A DNA stretch of 64,000 nt. It comes from Polyangiaceae bacterium (GTDB lineage Bacteria > Myxococcota_A > Polyangia > Polyangiales > Polyangiaceae). The notes under the pieces were generated by a model. The model was given only the letters and a program-made list of their open reading frames with translations. It was not told the DNA's origin and did no database searches. The translations under genes were made by a program, and so were the position numbers. The stretch is from the NCBI GenBank assembly GCA_035063585.1, contig JAPSGB010000003.1, positions 320,001 through 384,000 on the forward strand, given 5' to 3'. This document shows, piece after piece, positions 42,724 to 51,864 of this stretch (the stretch's first letter is position 1; every line of letters starts with the position of its first letter).

Positions 42724-44120
42724 CACACGCCGGTCGCGCCGGCGCCGATCACCGGCGCGCGCCGTCCGTCGGGGCTCACGCTCTCGCCGATGACGCCGCC
42801 CCACGGCTCGAGCGACGCCAGCGCAGGCCGCGTCGCGGCCTGACGCTCCGCGCGGGGGCGGGTGATGAAGAGGCCGACGCCCGCGCCCACGAGCGTGCCG
42901 GCCGCCACGCTCGCGAGCCAGGCGCGATCCTTGGCGGCGCTCGTGGCGCCGCCGAACACGAGCGGGCCGGCCGACGCCGCCCCCGTGAGCCCGCCGAGCG
43001 TCGCGCCGAGATCGACCAGCAGCACCCGCGACGAGGCGACGTGCACCTGGGTCGCGAGGGCGCCCGCGACGAGCACGCCGGCGCCCGCGCCGTAGCCCAT
43101 GCCTCGCGCCGGCGTGACGTCGAGCCGGCCGTGATAGGCGAGCTCGGCCATCCCGCCGAAGAGCAGCCCGAACGCGCCACCCGAGTGGGCGAGCGCCGCG
43201 CCGCCCTCGCCCATACCCTTCATGGTGAGCGAGGTCGTGGCGAGCGTGATGCCGGCGCCCGCCCCGATCACGCCGTACACGTAGCGGTCGCTCGCCAGGC
43301 TCACGCCATATCCCTCCGCGAGCAAGAGGCCGGTGGCGGCCGGCCACCACGCGCCCGCCGAGAGGTACCAGGCGTCGCCGAGCCCCACGTCCCACTCGTC
43401 GGCGACGATCATCGCCCCGCCGAGGCCGATGCCGGCCCCGAGCGCGACCAGCGGATAGGTGAGGCGCGGGTCGCCCGAGCCGCTCGCGCGCTGCAGCGAG
43501 AGCCCGATGTAGCCCCCGAGCACCGCGGAGTTGAGCGCGAGGACGGCGCGCCCCTCGGAGCGCGCGTGCGACACGGTGTCCGGTGGGGGCCGTCGCGGCG
43601 CCGCGGCCTCGGCGTCGTTCGCCGGCGCGTGACGCCCGGCCTGCACGACGTCGCGCAGCATCACCATCGCGCGCACCTCGAAGTCCTTGGGCGCTACCCG
43701 CTCGACCCGCGAGAGGACCACCTTCGAGCCGGGCGCCACCGCGACGATGCGGAGCTCGAGCGCTCCGTCCTCGAAGGAGAGCCGCGGTGAGATGACCCAG
43801 CCGTCTGCCGCGCGCTCGACGAGCGCCGTCTCGTCCGGCTCGACCGTCTGGGAGCGGCGCGACACGTCGAGCGTGAGCCCGAGATCCTGCGCCGACTCGC
43901 CCAGGATGACGTCGAGCTGGCGTGCCCAGCGGGTGAGCGCGCGGCCGTCGTGCCGCTCGGGCCTCCGGAGGACCGGTGCGGCGCCCGGCGCGTCCGAGAT
44001 GGGGGAGACCGTTGGGAGCAGGGTGACGTCATCGGGCCCCGCGAGCGCACCGCGCGCGCTCAGGCTAGCGAGCGCGCCGAGCGCGCACCCGAGGAGCCAG
44101 CCACCGCGCCGCGTGATCAC
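42720..44120 (-). CDS. Secreted/membrane protein with glycine-zipper helices
   Basis: Signal peptide; GTG after AAGGAGG; many GxxxG hydrophobic segments; ends GATGVW. Confidence 0.7.
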   Translation of the reverse strand: MITRRGGWLLGCALGALASLSARGALAGPDDVTLLPTVSPISDAPGAAPVLRRPERHDGRALTRWARQLDVILGESAQDLGLTLDVSRRSQTVEPDETALVERAADGWVISPRLSFEDGALELRIVAVAPGSKVVLSRVERVAPKDFEVRAMVMLRDVVQAGRHAPANDAEAAAPRRPPPDTVSHARSEGRAVLALNSAVLGGYIGLSLQRASGSGDPRLTYPLVALGAGIGLGGAMIVADEWDVGLGDAWYLSAGAWWPAATGLLLAEGYGVSLASDRYVYGVIGAGAGITLATTSLTMKGMGEGGAALAHSGGAFGLLFGGMAELAYHGRLDVTPARGMGYGAGAGVLVAGALATQVHVASSRVLLVDLGATLGGLTGAASAGPLVFGGATSAAKDRAWLASVAAGTLVGAGVGLFITRPRAERQAATRPALASLEPWGGVIGESVSPDGRRAPVIGAGATGVW

Positions 44121-44163
44121 CGCCCTCCTTGTACCGCCCCCGCGGGGACGGCTCAAGTCGCCG

Positions 44164-45711
44164 TCAGAACATCACGGTGGCGTTCAACCAAGCGTCGAAC
44201 GCGTGCGAATCATCGACCTTGAACCGACGGCCCGGGACGTTGATGGCGGCGCGGTAGTTCGGGTTCGGGATGCCGGTGGCCCGCTGCCGCGTGCCAGAGA
44301 TGCTCTTGCATGAGCCGGCCTTCTGGAGGCTGCCGTTGAACTCCGGGTTGCAGGCCTGGTCGAAGCTGATGAAGTGCGACTGGACGAGCGTGTAGCCGCC
44401 GCCCAGGTTGAATTTCACGTACTCGCCCGCTTGCCAGGTAAACTGCGCGCTCAGGTTGTAGACGCCGTGCTGCTGCACGTCGGTGAGCCCGGTGAAGTAC
44501 ACCTTCTGGGAGTTCGGGTTGACGACCGACGGGGTCTGCCCTTGCGTGCCGGCGTCCGGGTTTGGCTGATACTCGGCGAAGTTCGCGCTGCGGATGCTCG
44601 GCGCGTCGCTCGAGCCGAGCGCGTCGAAGAGCTCGGAGTAGTCGCGCCCCTCGGACACGTAGGTCCCGGTCAAACGAAAATCGAAGCTGATGCGCTGGAA
44701 CTGGTCGCGGACCTCCCAGGGGATCACGCTCATGCCCATGATGATCGACCCGCGGAGCGGCGGGTGATTCACGAGCGAGCCCTTCAGGCTGGTCCCTCCG
44801 TAGTCGCTCGAGTTGCTCTGGAACTCGAAGAGCGCGCGGAAGCCGCCGTACGGCTCGATGTACTTGATCCGCTTGGAGAGGAAGGTGTGCGCCTCGAGCC
44901 CGGTGGTTCCGCGGCTGACGCCGGGCTTGCGCGCGCCGGAGAACGTCCCCTCGAGGTTGCCGGCGTTCGGAGTGTTGTAGATGGACTCCCCCGACACGCC
45001 GTTCCGGTTGATGTCCGAGGGGTACGCGCAGTCGACCTGCTTGCCCGGCTGGTTCAGCGGCTTCGGGCTCGCGTTGCAGGCGTGCATCGGCTCGGAGACG
45101 TCGAACCGCCCCTCTACACCGATCACCCAGGTGGGTTTGGTCCGGTCGCGGTACTGATCCATCACCCCCACGTCGAGCCCGACCGCGAAGTACTCGATTC
45201 CGCTTCGGGTCGGAGAGTTGAACGGCAACCGGAAGAGCTGTTCGCCCGGCGCGCCCTCGAGCACCACGCTCTGGCGCTTGTCGCTGCCGTCGACGCCCTC
45301 GATCTTCCGGTCGTCGGACAGGATGATCGGCATCCGCAGCACGAGCGCGACGTTCTTGTAGATCCCGATGTCCGCGCGGGTGTTCAGCCGGCTCGTCGAC
45401 TGGCTGTACGTCCCGATGTTCATCGTGTCGTTGATGAACCCGCCGCCCGACAGCCCCGGCTGCGCGATGAACGTCTCTCGACGGATGGTCGCGCTCGACC
45501 AGGTCTGCTGATAGCCGAGCGTGAGGTTGAGATCGAACGGATCGGTGTCGTCGAAGGCGTCGACGACCTGGGTGATCTCGGCCGGCTCGCTCAAGATGGT
45601 CGGCTCCGACACCTTGCGCGGCTCGTCCGCGAGCGCAGAAGTGCCCATGCCTAAGATGGCGGTCGCAATCGCGACGCCAAAACCCAGCCGCAGCGCGTCA
45701 GAACTATCCAT
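44164..45711 (-). CDS. Putative outer-membrane beta-barrel protein
   Basis: Signal peptide (SALA-D), amphipathic beta strands, C-terminal AWLNATVMF beta-signal, Cys-containing loops. Confidence 0.7.
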   Translation of the reverse strand: MDSSDALRLGFGVAIATAILGMGTSALADEPRKVSEPTILSEPAEITQVVDAFDDTDPFDLNLTLGYQQTWSSATIRRETFIAQPGLSGGGFINDTMNIGTYSQSTSRLNTRADIGIYKNVALVLRMPIILSDDRKIEGVDGSDKRQSVVLEGAPGEQLFRLPFNSPTRSGIEYFAVGLDVGVMDQYRDRTKPTWVIGVEGRFDVSEPMHACNASPKPLNQPGKQVDCAYPSDINRNGVSGESIYNTPNAGNLEGTFSGARKPGVSRGTTGLEAHTFLSKRIKYIEPYGGFRALFEFQSNSSDYGGTSLKGSLVNHPPLRGSIIMGMSVIPWEVRDQFQRISFDFRLTGTYVSEGRDYSELFDALGSSDAPSIRSANFAEYQPNPDAGTQGQTPSVVNPNSQKVYFTGLTDVQQHGVYNLSAQFTWQAGEYVKFNLGGGYTLVQSHFISFDQACNPEFNGSLQKAGSCKSISGTRQRATGIPNPNYRAAINVPGRRFKVDDSHAFDAWLNATVMF

Positions 45712-45786
45712 GCGTTGGTGGCCCACTCGACGTCGCCCGTCGTCAGCGGACGCTAGCGGCGACCGGGCGGAACTGTCAACGGGCCA

Positions 45787-46698
45787 TCACCTCGGGGGCA
45801 CCGGAACCTGCCGCCAGAGGCGGTCGGCGGCTTCGAGCTCGGCCCACTCGGCCCTCCGTTTCTCGGGGTCGGGGGTGAGGCCGAGGGCCGCCCCGGCCAC
45901 CGCGCAGAGCCGCCGGGCCGCCTCGCGCGCCCGGACGTGCCGCGCGGCGCGGTCGCCGAGCGCGCCCGCGTCGGCCTCCTCCGGCGGGGGCGCGAGGACC
46001 TCCCGCCCACGCGCCTGGGCCTCGCGCGCGGCGGCCTGGCAGTCCTCGAGGGCGCTCGCCGCCGCGCGGGGCCTGGCCACCACGCTCGCCCGGCCGCCTG
46101 CCTCGAGGTGCGCGGGGCCGGTGCGGACCGCGCCCCCGGCCGGCTCGAGCCAGGCGTCCCCGGAGCGGACCCGCGCCTCGACCTTCATCGGCTCGACGCG
46201 CAGCTCGAGCTGGGCCTCCCCGTAGGTGAGCGTCGCGATGGGCGTCGCCACGAGCACCTCGGCGCCCGGCCGCGCGCCGCGCCCGGCCGCGGTGGTGAGC
46301 CGGCCGCGAGTGAGCCGCACCTGCTCCTCGCCTCCCGAACAGAGGGTGGCGGTCGCGGGGCCCGTCAGGGTGAGCTCGCGGGCGCTGTCGGCGTGCCGCA
46401 CGGTGAGGCGCGCGCCGTCGGCGAGCTCCACCCAGCTCCGTCCGTCGAGCGGCGCCCCCTCGGCGAGCGCCGCGCCGCCGTGCATGGTCACCGCCCCGCT
46501 CACCGAGAGCGCGCGGCAGCGCGCGCCGAGCGTTCGCGGCGGTGCCGCCGCGCGCGGGGGCGGAGGGGCGGAGGGCCGGGGCGTCGCGGCCGGCGTCGCG
46601 CTCGCGGCGCCATCGGACGCCTCGGGGCTCGGCGGCGCCGGGCACCCGGACGCGCCGAGCGCGAGCGCGGCGGCGACGGCGAGACGAAGCGCGCTCAA
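45787..46698 (-). CDS. FecR-like domain lipoprotein
   Basis: ASGC lipobox; VELADGARL...LTLTGP...LTRG...VATP; TTG start overlaps the PP2C stop. Confidence 0.6.
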   Translation of the reverse strand: MSALRLAVAAALALGASGCPAPPSPEASDGAASATPAATPRPSAPPPPRAAAPPRTLGARCRALSVSGAVTMHGGAALAEGAPLDGRSWVELADGARLTVRHADSARELTLTGPATATLCSGGEEQVRLTRGRLTTAAGRGARPGAEVLVATPIATLTYGEAQLELRVEPMKVEARVRSGDAWLEPAGGAVRTGPAHLEAGGRASVVARPRAAASALEDCQAAAREAQARGREVLAPPPEEADAGALGDRAARHVRAREAARRLCAVAGAALGLTPDPEKRRAEWAELEAADRLWRQVPVPPR

Positions 46699-48053
46699 GA
46701 CGGCTTTTCGAGCGAGGGGGGAGGTGGCGGTAAGACGAGGGTCGTGCGGTCGTCGTCGTCGTCGTCGAAGATCTCGCTCGTGATGTCTTCCATCGCGAGC
46801 TCCTCCTTCGCGTTACCGAGCTCGCGGCTGGTGGTGGCGAGCCGTTCGGCGAGGACCCCGGTGAAGGCCCAGAGGAGCTTCACCGCGAGCTGGTGCTCGG
46901 TGCGCAGGATCTCGAAGAAATCTCGGCGCCGGAGCACCATGATCTCGCTCGCCTCGGCGGCGAGCACGGTGGCCGAGCGCGGCTGGCTCCGGATGAGCGC
47001 CATCTCGCCGACGTGCTGACCCGCGGCGAGCGTGGCGATCTCGGCGTCGTGACGCATCACCTTCACCGAGCCGGTGAGCACGATGAAGAGCTCCTCGCCC
47101 TTCTCGCCCTCGCGGATCACGGTATCCCCGGCCGGGTAGGCCATCACCTCGGTCACCTGCAGGACGCGCAGGAGCTCGCGCTCGTTCAGCGCGCGGAAGA
47201 GCGGCATGCGCGCGAGCGTCTGCCGCTCGAGCTTGAGGCGCTTGGCGCGCTTCTCGTCGCGGCTCGCGGCGTCACCGACCGTGACGATCACCGCGGTGAT
47301 GTTGTCCTTGCCGCCCTGCGCGTTGGCGTGGTCGATGAGCCGCTGGACCGCCGCGTTTGCGTCCGGCAGGAGCAGCTGGCGGCCGAGCCCCTCGAGATCC
47401 TCTTCGAAGTAGCCGCTGAGGCCGTCCGAGCAGAGGAGGAAGCGATCCCCCGCGATGACATCGATGATGAGCGACTCGGGCTCCGCGTGCTCGTAGACGC
47501 CGACCGCGCGGGTGATGGCGTTCTTCGGCGCGAGCTTCTCGATCTGCTCGCGCGGCAGCTTCCTCCGCTTGATGAGCTCGTTATAGACGTTGTGATCTTC
47601 GGTCACCTGCTGGAGGGTGCCGTCGCGGAGGAGGTAGATGCGGCTGTCGCCGACCCACACGATGAAGGCCTGGTTGCCGAGCACCAGCACCGCCACGAGC
47701 GTGGTGCCCATGCCGCGCTTGCTCGGATCCTTGGTCGCCTCGGCGTGGACGCGGCTCGAGGCGTGGTTCACCGCGAACTCGAGCAGGTTCGTCACGTCGC
47801 GCCGGGTGACCTTGCCGGCGCCGCGCGTGCCGTCGAGGAAGTCCTTCAGCATCTCGTGTTCGCGCTTGAGCTCCTCGTGCACGACCCGCACCGCGATGGC
47901 GCTCGCGACCTCGCCGGCCGCGTGGCCGCCCATGCCGTCGCACACCATGAAGAGCCCGAGCTTCTTGTCGACGAGGTAGTTGTCCTCGTTGTGCTCGCGC
48001 TGCTTGCCGACATCGGTCAGCGCTGCGAACTCGACGGCCAGGTCAGCGCTCAT
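46695..48053 (-). CDS. PP2C (Stp1/PrpC-type) Ser/Thr phosphatase fused to a cyclic-nucleotide-binding domain
   Basis: TDVG..REHNED, CDGMGGH..GEVAS, MGTT, VGDSR, CSDGL, GGKDNIT; cNMP domain GEMALI...PRSATV. Confidence 0.92.
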   Translation of the reverse strand: MSADLAVEFAALTDVGKQREHNEDNYLVDKKLGLFMVCDGMGGHAAGEVASAIAVRVVHEELKREHEMLKDFLDGTRGAGKVTRRDVTNLLEFAVNHASSRVHAEATKDPSKRGMGTTLVAVLVLGNQAFIVWVGDSRIYLLRDGTLQQVTEDHNVYNELIKRRKLPREQIEKLAPKNAITRAVGVYEHAEPESLIIDVIAGDRFLLCSDGLSGYFEEDLEGLGRQLLLPDANAAVQRLIDHANAQGGKDNITAVIVTVGDAASRDEKRAKRLKLERQTLARMPLFRALNERELLRVLQVTEVMAYPAGDTVIREGEKGEELFIVLTGSVKVMRHDAEIATLAAGQHVGEMALIRSQPRSATVLAAEASEIMVLRRRDFFEILRTEHQLAVKLLWAFTGVLAERLATTSRELGNAKEELAMEDITSEIFDDDDDDRTTLVLPPPPPSLEKPS

Positions 48054-48173
48054 CGGACGAAGTCCCTCATCTTTTCCGGCGCAGGATAGCGACAACGGAT
48101 CTCGGGCGCTACCGTTCGCGAGCCCCCCTCCGCCCGGGCGCGCGGCCGGGCGCCCCGCCGGGGGGAGCCCTCC

Positions 48174-48857
48174 TCAGGCCCCGAGCTCCGAGTCGAACAG
48201 CGACGCGCCGCCGCCCCGCGCGACGACCACGTGATCGAGCAGCGCGACCCCGACGGCCTCGCACGCCTCGGCGAGCGCGCGGGTCATGCGGACATCCTCC
48301 GGGCTCGGGGTCGGATCGCCGCTCGGGTGGTTGTGGACGAGCACGATCGCGCTCGCGCCGTCGCGCAGCGCCGGGCGGAGGACGTCGCGCGGCCCGAGCG
48401 CGCAGCCGTGCAGCCCGCCCTGCGCCACGCGGCGCGCGCTCTTCAGCCCGTTTCTGCCGTCGAGACCGAGCAGCCACACCTCCTCGTGCTCGAGCGTCGA
48501 GAGCCGGGGCTCCGCCCAGCGGAGCACCGCCTCGAACGAGCCGAGTATCGGGCGCTGGTCCGAGCAGAGCGCGAGGAGCGAGCGCCGCCCGAGCTCGAGC
48601 GCCGCGGCGACCCGGACCGCCTCGGCGACGCCGAGCTCGCGCCGCTCCGAGAGCCCGAGCGCGCCGAGACGCGTCAGGCCGGTGAGGCCGCCCGCCTCGT
48701 CGAGCAAGCGGCGCCCGCGCGAGAGCGCCGAGCCAGCAGCGCGCGGGGCGATGATGAGCAGCGCGACGAGCTCGGCGTCGTCGAGCGCGTCGATCCCTTG
48801 GGCGAGCGCGCGGCGACGAAGCTCGGGCGCGGAGCGAGAGGAGCTGGCCGGTGACAT
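48174..48857 (-). CDS. radC: RadC family JAB-domain protein
   Basis: ELVALL, AALELGRR, EEV, HNHPSGDPTPSPED, LLDHVV. Confidence 0.93.
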   Translation of the reverse strand: MSPASSSRSAPELRRRALAQGIDALDDAELVALLIIAPRAAGSALSRGRRLLDEAGGLTGLTRLGALGLSERRELGVAEAVRVAAALELGRRSLLALCSDQRPILGSFEAVLRWAEPRLSTLEHEEVWLLGLDGRNGLKSARRVAQGGLHGCALGPRDVLRPALRDGASAIVLVHNHPSGDPTPSPEDVRMTRALAEACEAVGVALLDHVVVARGGGASLFDSELGA

Positions 48858-48961
48858 CGTCGAGCCATCGAGCACGATCCGTGCCCGCGCCGAACCGACA
48901 AAAACCCAGCGGACCGCAGCGCGCCGAGGTGGCGGTCCGCCGAGCCCGCCGGCGGCCGCCG

Positions 48962-49723
48962 CTACTCGACCCGCTGCGGCTCGCCGCGCGGCAAGAGGGT
49001 GAGGAAGTGGGCGAGCGCGGCCTCGACGGCGGCGGCGTCCCGCGCGTCGAAGGTGAGCTTGGTCTTGTAGTCTCGGTCGAACCACTTGGGATAGGACCCG
49101 ACCTCGACCTCCGGGTGCGCCGACACCACGCGGTCGAGGAGCGGCTTGAGCTCGCCCTCATCCATCTGGGTGAAGACGGCGCGCGAGACGAAGGGCTCCG
49201 GTCCGCGGAGCGCGGAGCGCACCACCGCCAGCTTCATGCGGAAGATCTCGGGCACGCCGGGCAGGACCCACACGTTCCGCATCACCACCGTGGGCCAGAG
49301 GATGTCGGGGGTGGTGGCGAGGCGCGCGCCCTCGGGCACCAGCGCCATGCGGAGGTGTCCCTCGGTGATGCGCTCGCCGTAGGCGCCGCGGAGGAGCGCT
49401 TCCATGGTCGGCTCGACCCTCGCCTCCACACCGAAGCCGCGCGCCACGCCCTCGAGCGTGATGTCGTCGTGGGTTGGGCCGATGCCGCCGCTCGTGAACA
49501 CCACGCCGTACCGCTCGCTGAGCGCGCGGACCTCGGCGGCGATGAGCTCGAGGTCGTCGGGCACCATCACCACACGCGCGAGCTGGATGCCGAGCGCGCG
49601 CAGCGTCCGCGCGAGCTCGACCAGGTTGCTCTCGTGGATCTTCCCGCTGAGGAGCTCGTTGCCGATGAGGAGCGCAGCGGCGGTGTCGACCACCTCGACC
49701 GGCAACCTGTGGGGGCGCGCCAC
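48962..49723 (-). CDS. CinA-like molybdopterin-binding-domain protein (no C-terminal PncC domain)
   Basis: IGNELLSG...N, SGGIGPTHDDIT, LPGVP, GSYP. Confidence 0.85.
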   Translation of the reverse strand: MARPHRLPVEVVDTAAALLIGNELLSGKIHESNLVELARTLRALGIQLARVVMVPDDLELIAAEVRALSERYGVVFTSGGIGPTHDDITLEGVARGFGVEARVEPTMEALLRGAYGERITEGHLRMALVPEGARLATTPDILWPTVVMRNVWVLPGVPEIFRMKLAVVRSALRGPEPFVSRAVFTQMDEGELKPLLDRVVSAHPEVEVGSYPKWFDRDYKTKLTFDARDAAAVEAALAHFLTLLPRGEPQRVE

Positions 49724-49735
49724 CGTGCTCCTCCT

Positions 49736-50017
49736 CTAGTCCGAGGCGAGCTCGCGGACCACCGGCTCGCCGTCCTCGTCGATGCCGAGCAGCTCCTCCA
49801 CGCGCTGCTCCGCCGCGTCGAGGCGCGCCTGAGAGGCGCGCGCGAGCCGCACGCCTTCCTCGAACAGCTCGAGCGACTCCTCGAGGGGGAGCTCTCCGCC
49901 CTCGAGCCGCTCGACGATCTTGCCGAGCCGCTGCACGACGTCCTCGAACGATCGCTCGCTCGCCTCTCCCGCGGGCGCGTTCGCCGCGGCCTTGACTCCC
50001 GTCTTCGGCTTGCTCAT
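49736..50017 (-). CDS. xseB: Exodeoxyribonuclease VII small subunit
   Basis: SFEDVVQRLGKIVERLEGGELPLEESLELFEEGVRL...L..AEQRV. Confidence 0.95.
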   Translation of the reverse strand: MSKPKTGVKAAANAPAGEASERSFEDVVQRLGKIVERLEGGELPLEESLELFEEGVRLARASQARLDAAEQRVEELLGIDEDGEPVVRELASD

Positions 50018-51864
50018 CGGCTCCGCGCCGGAGCGTGTTCGCGGTCGTCGCGGGGCGCAAGTCTCACCTCGAATGGGCCGGGGGGCAGCCCGGTCACGAC
50101 GAGCAGGCCGTCCGAGTCGGCGCGCGCGGCGCGCGGAGGACCGGAGGCGGGGAACACCAGCGCGCGCCGGCCGGCGACCGCTCTCGGCGGTCCCTCCACG
50201 ACCAGCCAGGCGACCCCGCGTCCGTCGAGCGGAGGCGCGACCCGCGGACCGAGCGCTCGCCGCGCCGCCTCGCGCACCGCCGCCTCGCCGTCGAGCGCCG
50301 CGGCGAGCGCGAGCGTGCGCTGGCCTGCGCCGCGGCTCCCGAGCGAGGTCACGAGCGCGCGTCGCACGAGCGGGTCGGTCTCGAAGCGGTAGGCGTCCTC
50401 GAGCAGCCCGGTGGCGTCGGGGCGCGCGCTCGCGGCGAGCCCGAGCGCCGTCGCGCGCCGCACCATCACGTCACCGCTCGCGAGCAGCTCGCTCACGCGC
50501 TCGCGGACGGTCGCGTCGTCGCGCACGGCGAGCGCATACGCGTAGATCGGGGCGCGGAGCTCGTCCTCCTCGACGCCGGCGAGCAGCGCGCGGGTCGGGA
50601 GCGTGTCCGCGACCGCATCGGATGCGGGCGGGGGCGCGAGCGCCTCCCGGAAGCCGGCGACCTGCTCGCCGAGCACCAGCGCTCGGACCTCGGCGGCGCG
50701 CGCCGCGAGCCGCCTGGACGCCGGCCTCGCGAGCGCACGCGCGAGCGCGCGCGCGGCCGCCTCGCCCGGGCAGAGCGCGAGGGCATACGCGGCGAACGGC
50801 GCGCGGTCTGCGCGCGCGAGCTCTCGCTCGAGCACCGCCGCCGCGCGCTCGCCGCCCGTCCGACCGAGCGCGGCGAGCAGCGCCGGCACCTGCTCGCGCG
50901 GCGCGCGCGCGAGCTCACGCTCGAGGACCGGCAGTAGCGCCGGTTCGGACGCGGCCTCCGCGAGCGCGAGCCCGTCGCTCGCGGTCGCCGGATCGCCGAT
51001 GAGGGCGGCGATGGCCGTGCTCGCACCGGGCGCGCGCGCGAGGGAGAGGATGCGCGCGCCGGCCACGCGGAGCGCGGCCGGTCCGGGTCCCTCGGCCCAG
51101 CGCTCCGCGAGCGCGACCGTCTCGTAGTCGCCGAGCCGCGTGAGCGCGAGCGCCGCGGCGGCGCGGACCTCGGGCGAGCCGCGGCGCACCATGCCGCGCA
51201 GCGCCTCGAAGGCGCGCTGATCGCCGAGCTCGCCGAGCAGGCGCGCGAGCGTCGGGCTCGGCAGTCCGCGCGCGGCGAGCAGCGGCGCGAGCGTGCGAGG
51301 GGGGTGCGCGAGGATCGCGTCGGCAGCCGCCTCGGCGGACGGGCCCTCCAGGCGCACCGCCTGGCCGAGGGCGGCGAGCGCGGCGGAGGTGCCGGAGCGT
51401 GCGAGCGCGAGCGCCGCGCTCCGCCGCGTGAGCGCCTCGAGCGGGCCCGCGCTCGGCCCGGTCCCGCCCGCACCGCTCGTGAGCCGCACGAGCGCGCGTC
51501 GGACCACGTCGTGGCGCGCGTGCGGAGCGAGCGCGCGCACGGCGACCAGGCGGTCCTCCGCGGTGCGGGCCGCGCCGCCAGGCTCGAGCGCCTCGACCAA
51601 GAGCGTGAGCGCGCGCGGGCTGCCGTCGGCGCCGAGCCGCTCGAGCGCGCGCTGGCGGTCCGCGGCCCGCTCACTCGACGCGAGGCGCGCCGCGACCTCG
51701 AGCGCGAGCCGGCCCTTCAGCGAGCCGCGCGGCTCGGACGAGCCGGCGCTCGCGCGCCCGCCGATCCCCGGCGGCGGCGCGAACGGACCCGGCTGCCCGC
51801 GCGCAGCGGGCGCGGCGCCGAGCAGCGCCGCGCCGGTGAGCGCCGCGAGCGCTCGGCGGCTCAC
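50014..51864 (-). CDS. Secreted HEAT/PBS-repeat protein
   Basis: Signal peptide; repeated VRAAAALAL / VRRATALGL / VRRALV helices; GTGA overlap with the upstream gene. Confidence 0.7.
   Translation of the reverse strand: MSRRALAALTGAALLGAAPAARGQPGPFAPPPGIGGRASAGSSEPRGSLKGRLALEVAARLASSERAADRQRALERLGADGSPRALTLLVEALEPGGAARTAEDRLVAVRALAPHARHDVVRRALVRLTSGAGGTGPSAGPLEALTRRSAALALARSGTSAALAALGQAVRLEGPSAEAAADAILAHPPRTLAPLLAARGLPSPTLARLLGELGDQRAFEALRGMVRRGSPEVRAAAALALTRLGDYETVALAERWAEGPGPAALRVAGARILSLARAPGASTAIAALIGDPATASDGLALAEAASEPALLPVLERELARAPREQVPALLAALGRTGGERAAAVLERELARADRAPFAAYALALCPGEAAARALARALARPASRRLAARAAEVRALVLGEQVAGFREALAPPPASDAVADTLPTRALLAGVEEDELRAPIYAYALAVRDDATVRERVSELLASGDVMVRRATALGLAASARPDATGLLEDAYRFETDPLVRRALVTSLGSRGAGQRTLALAAALDGEAAVREAARRALGPRVAPPLDGRGVAWLVVEGPPRAVAGRRALVFPASGPPRAARADSDGLLVVTGLPPGPFEVRLAPRDDREHAPARSR

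Noticed and set aside
48174..48857. radC as a mobile-element anti-restriction gene
   Set aside because: It is the full-length chromosomal form with an N-terminal helical region, among housekeeping genes, with no mobile context
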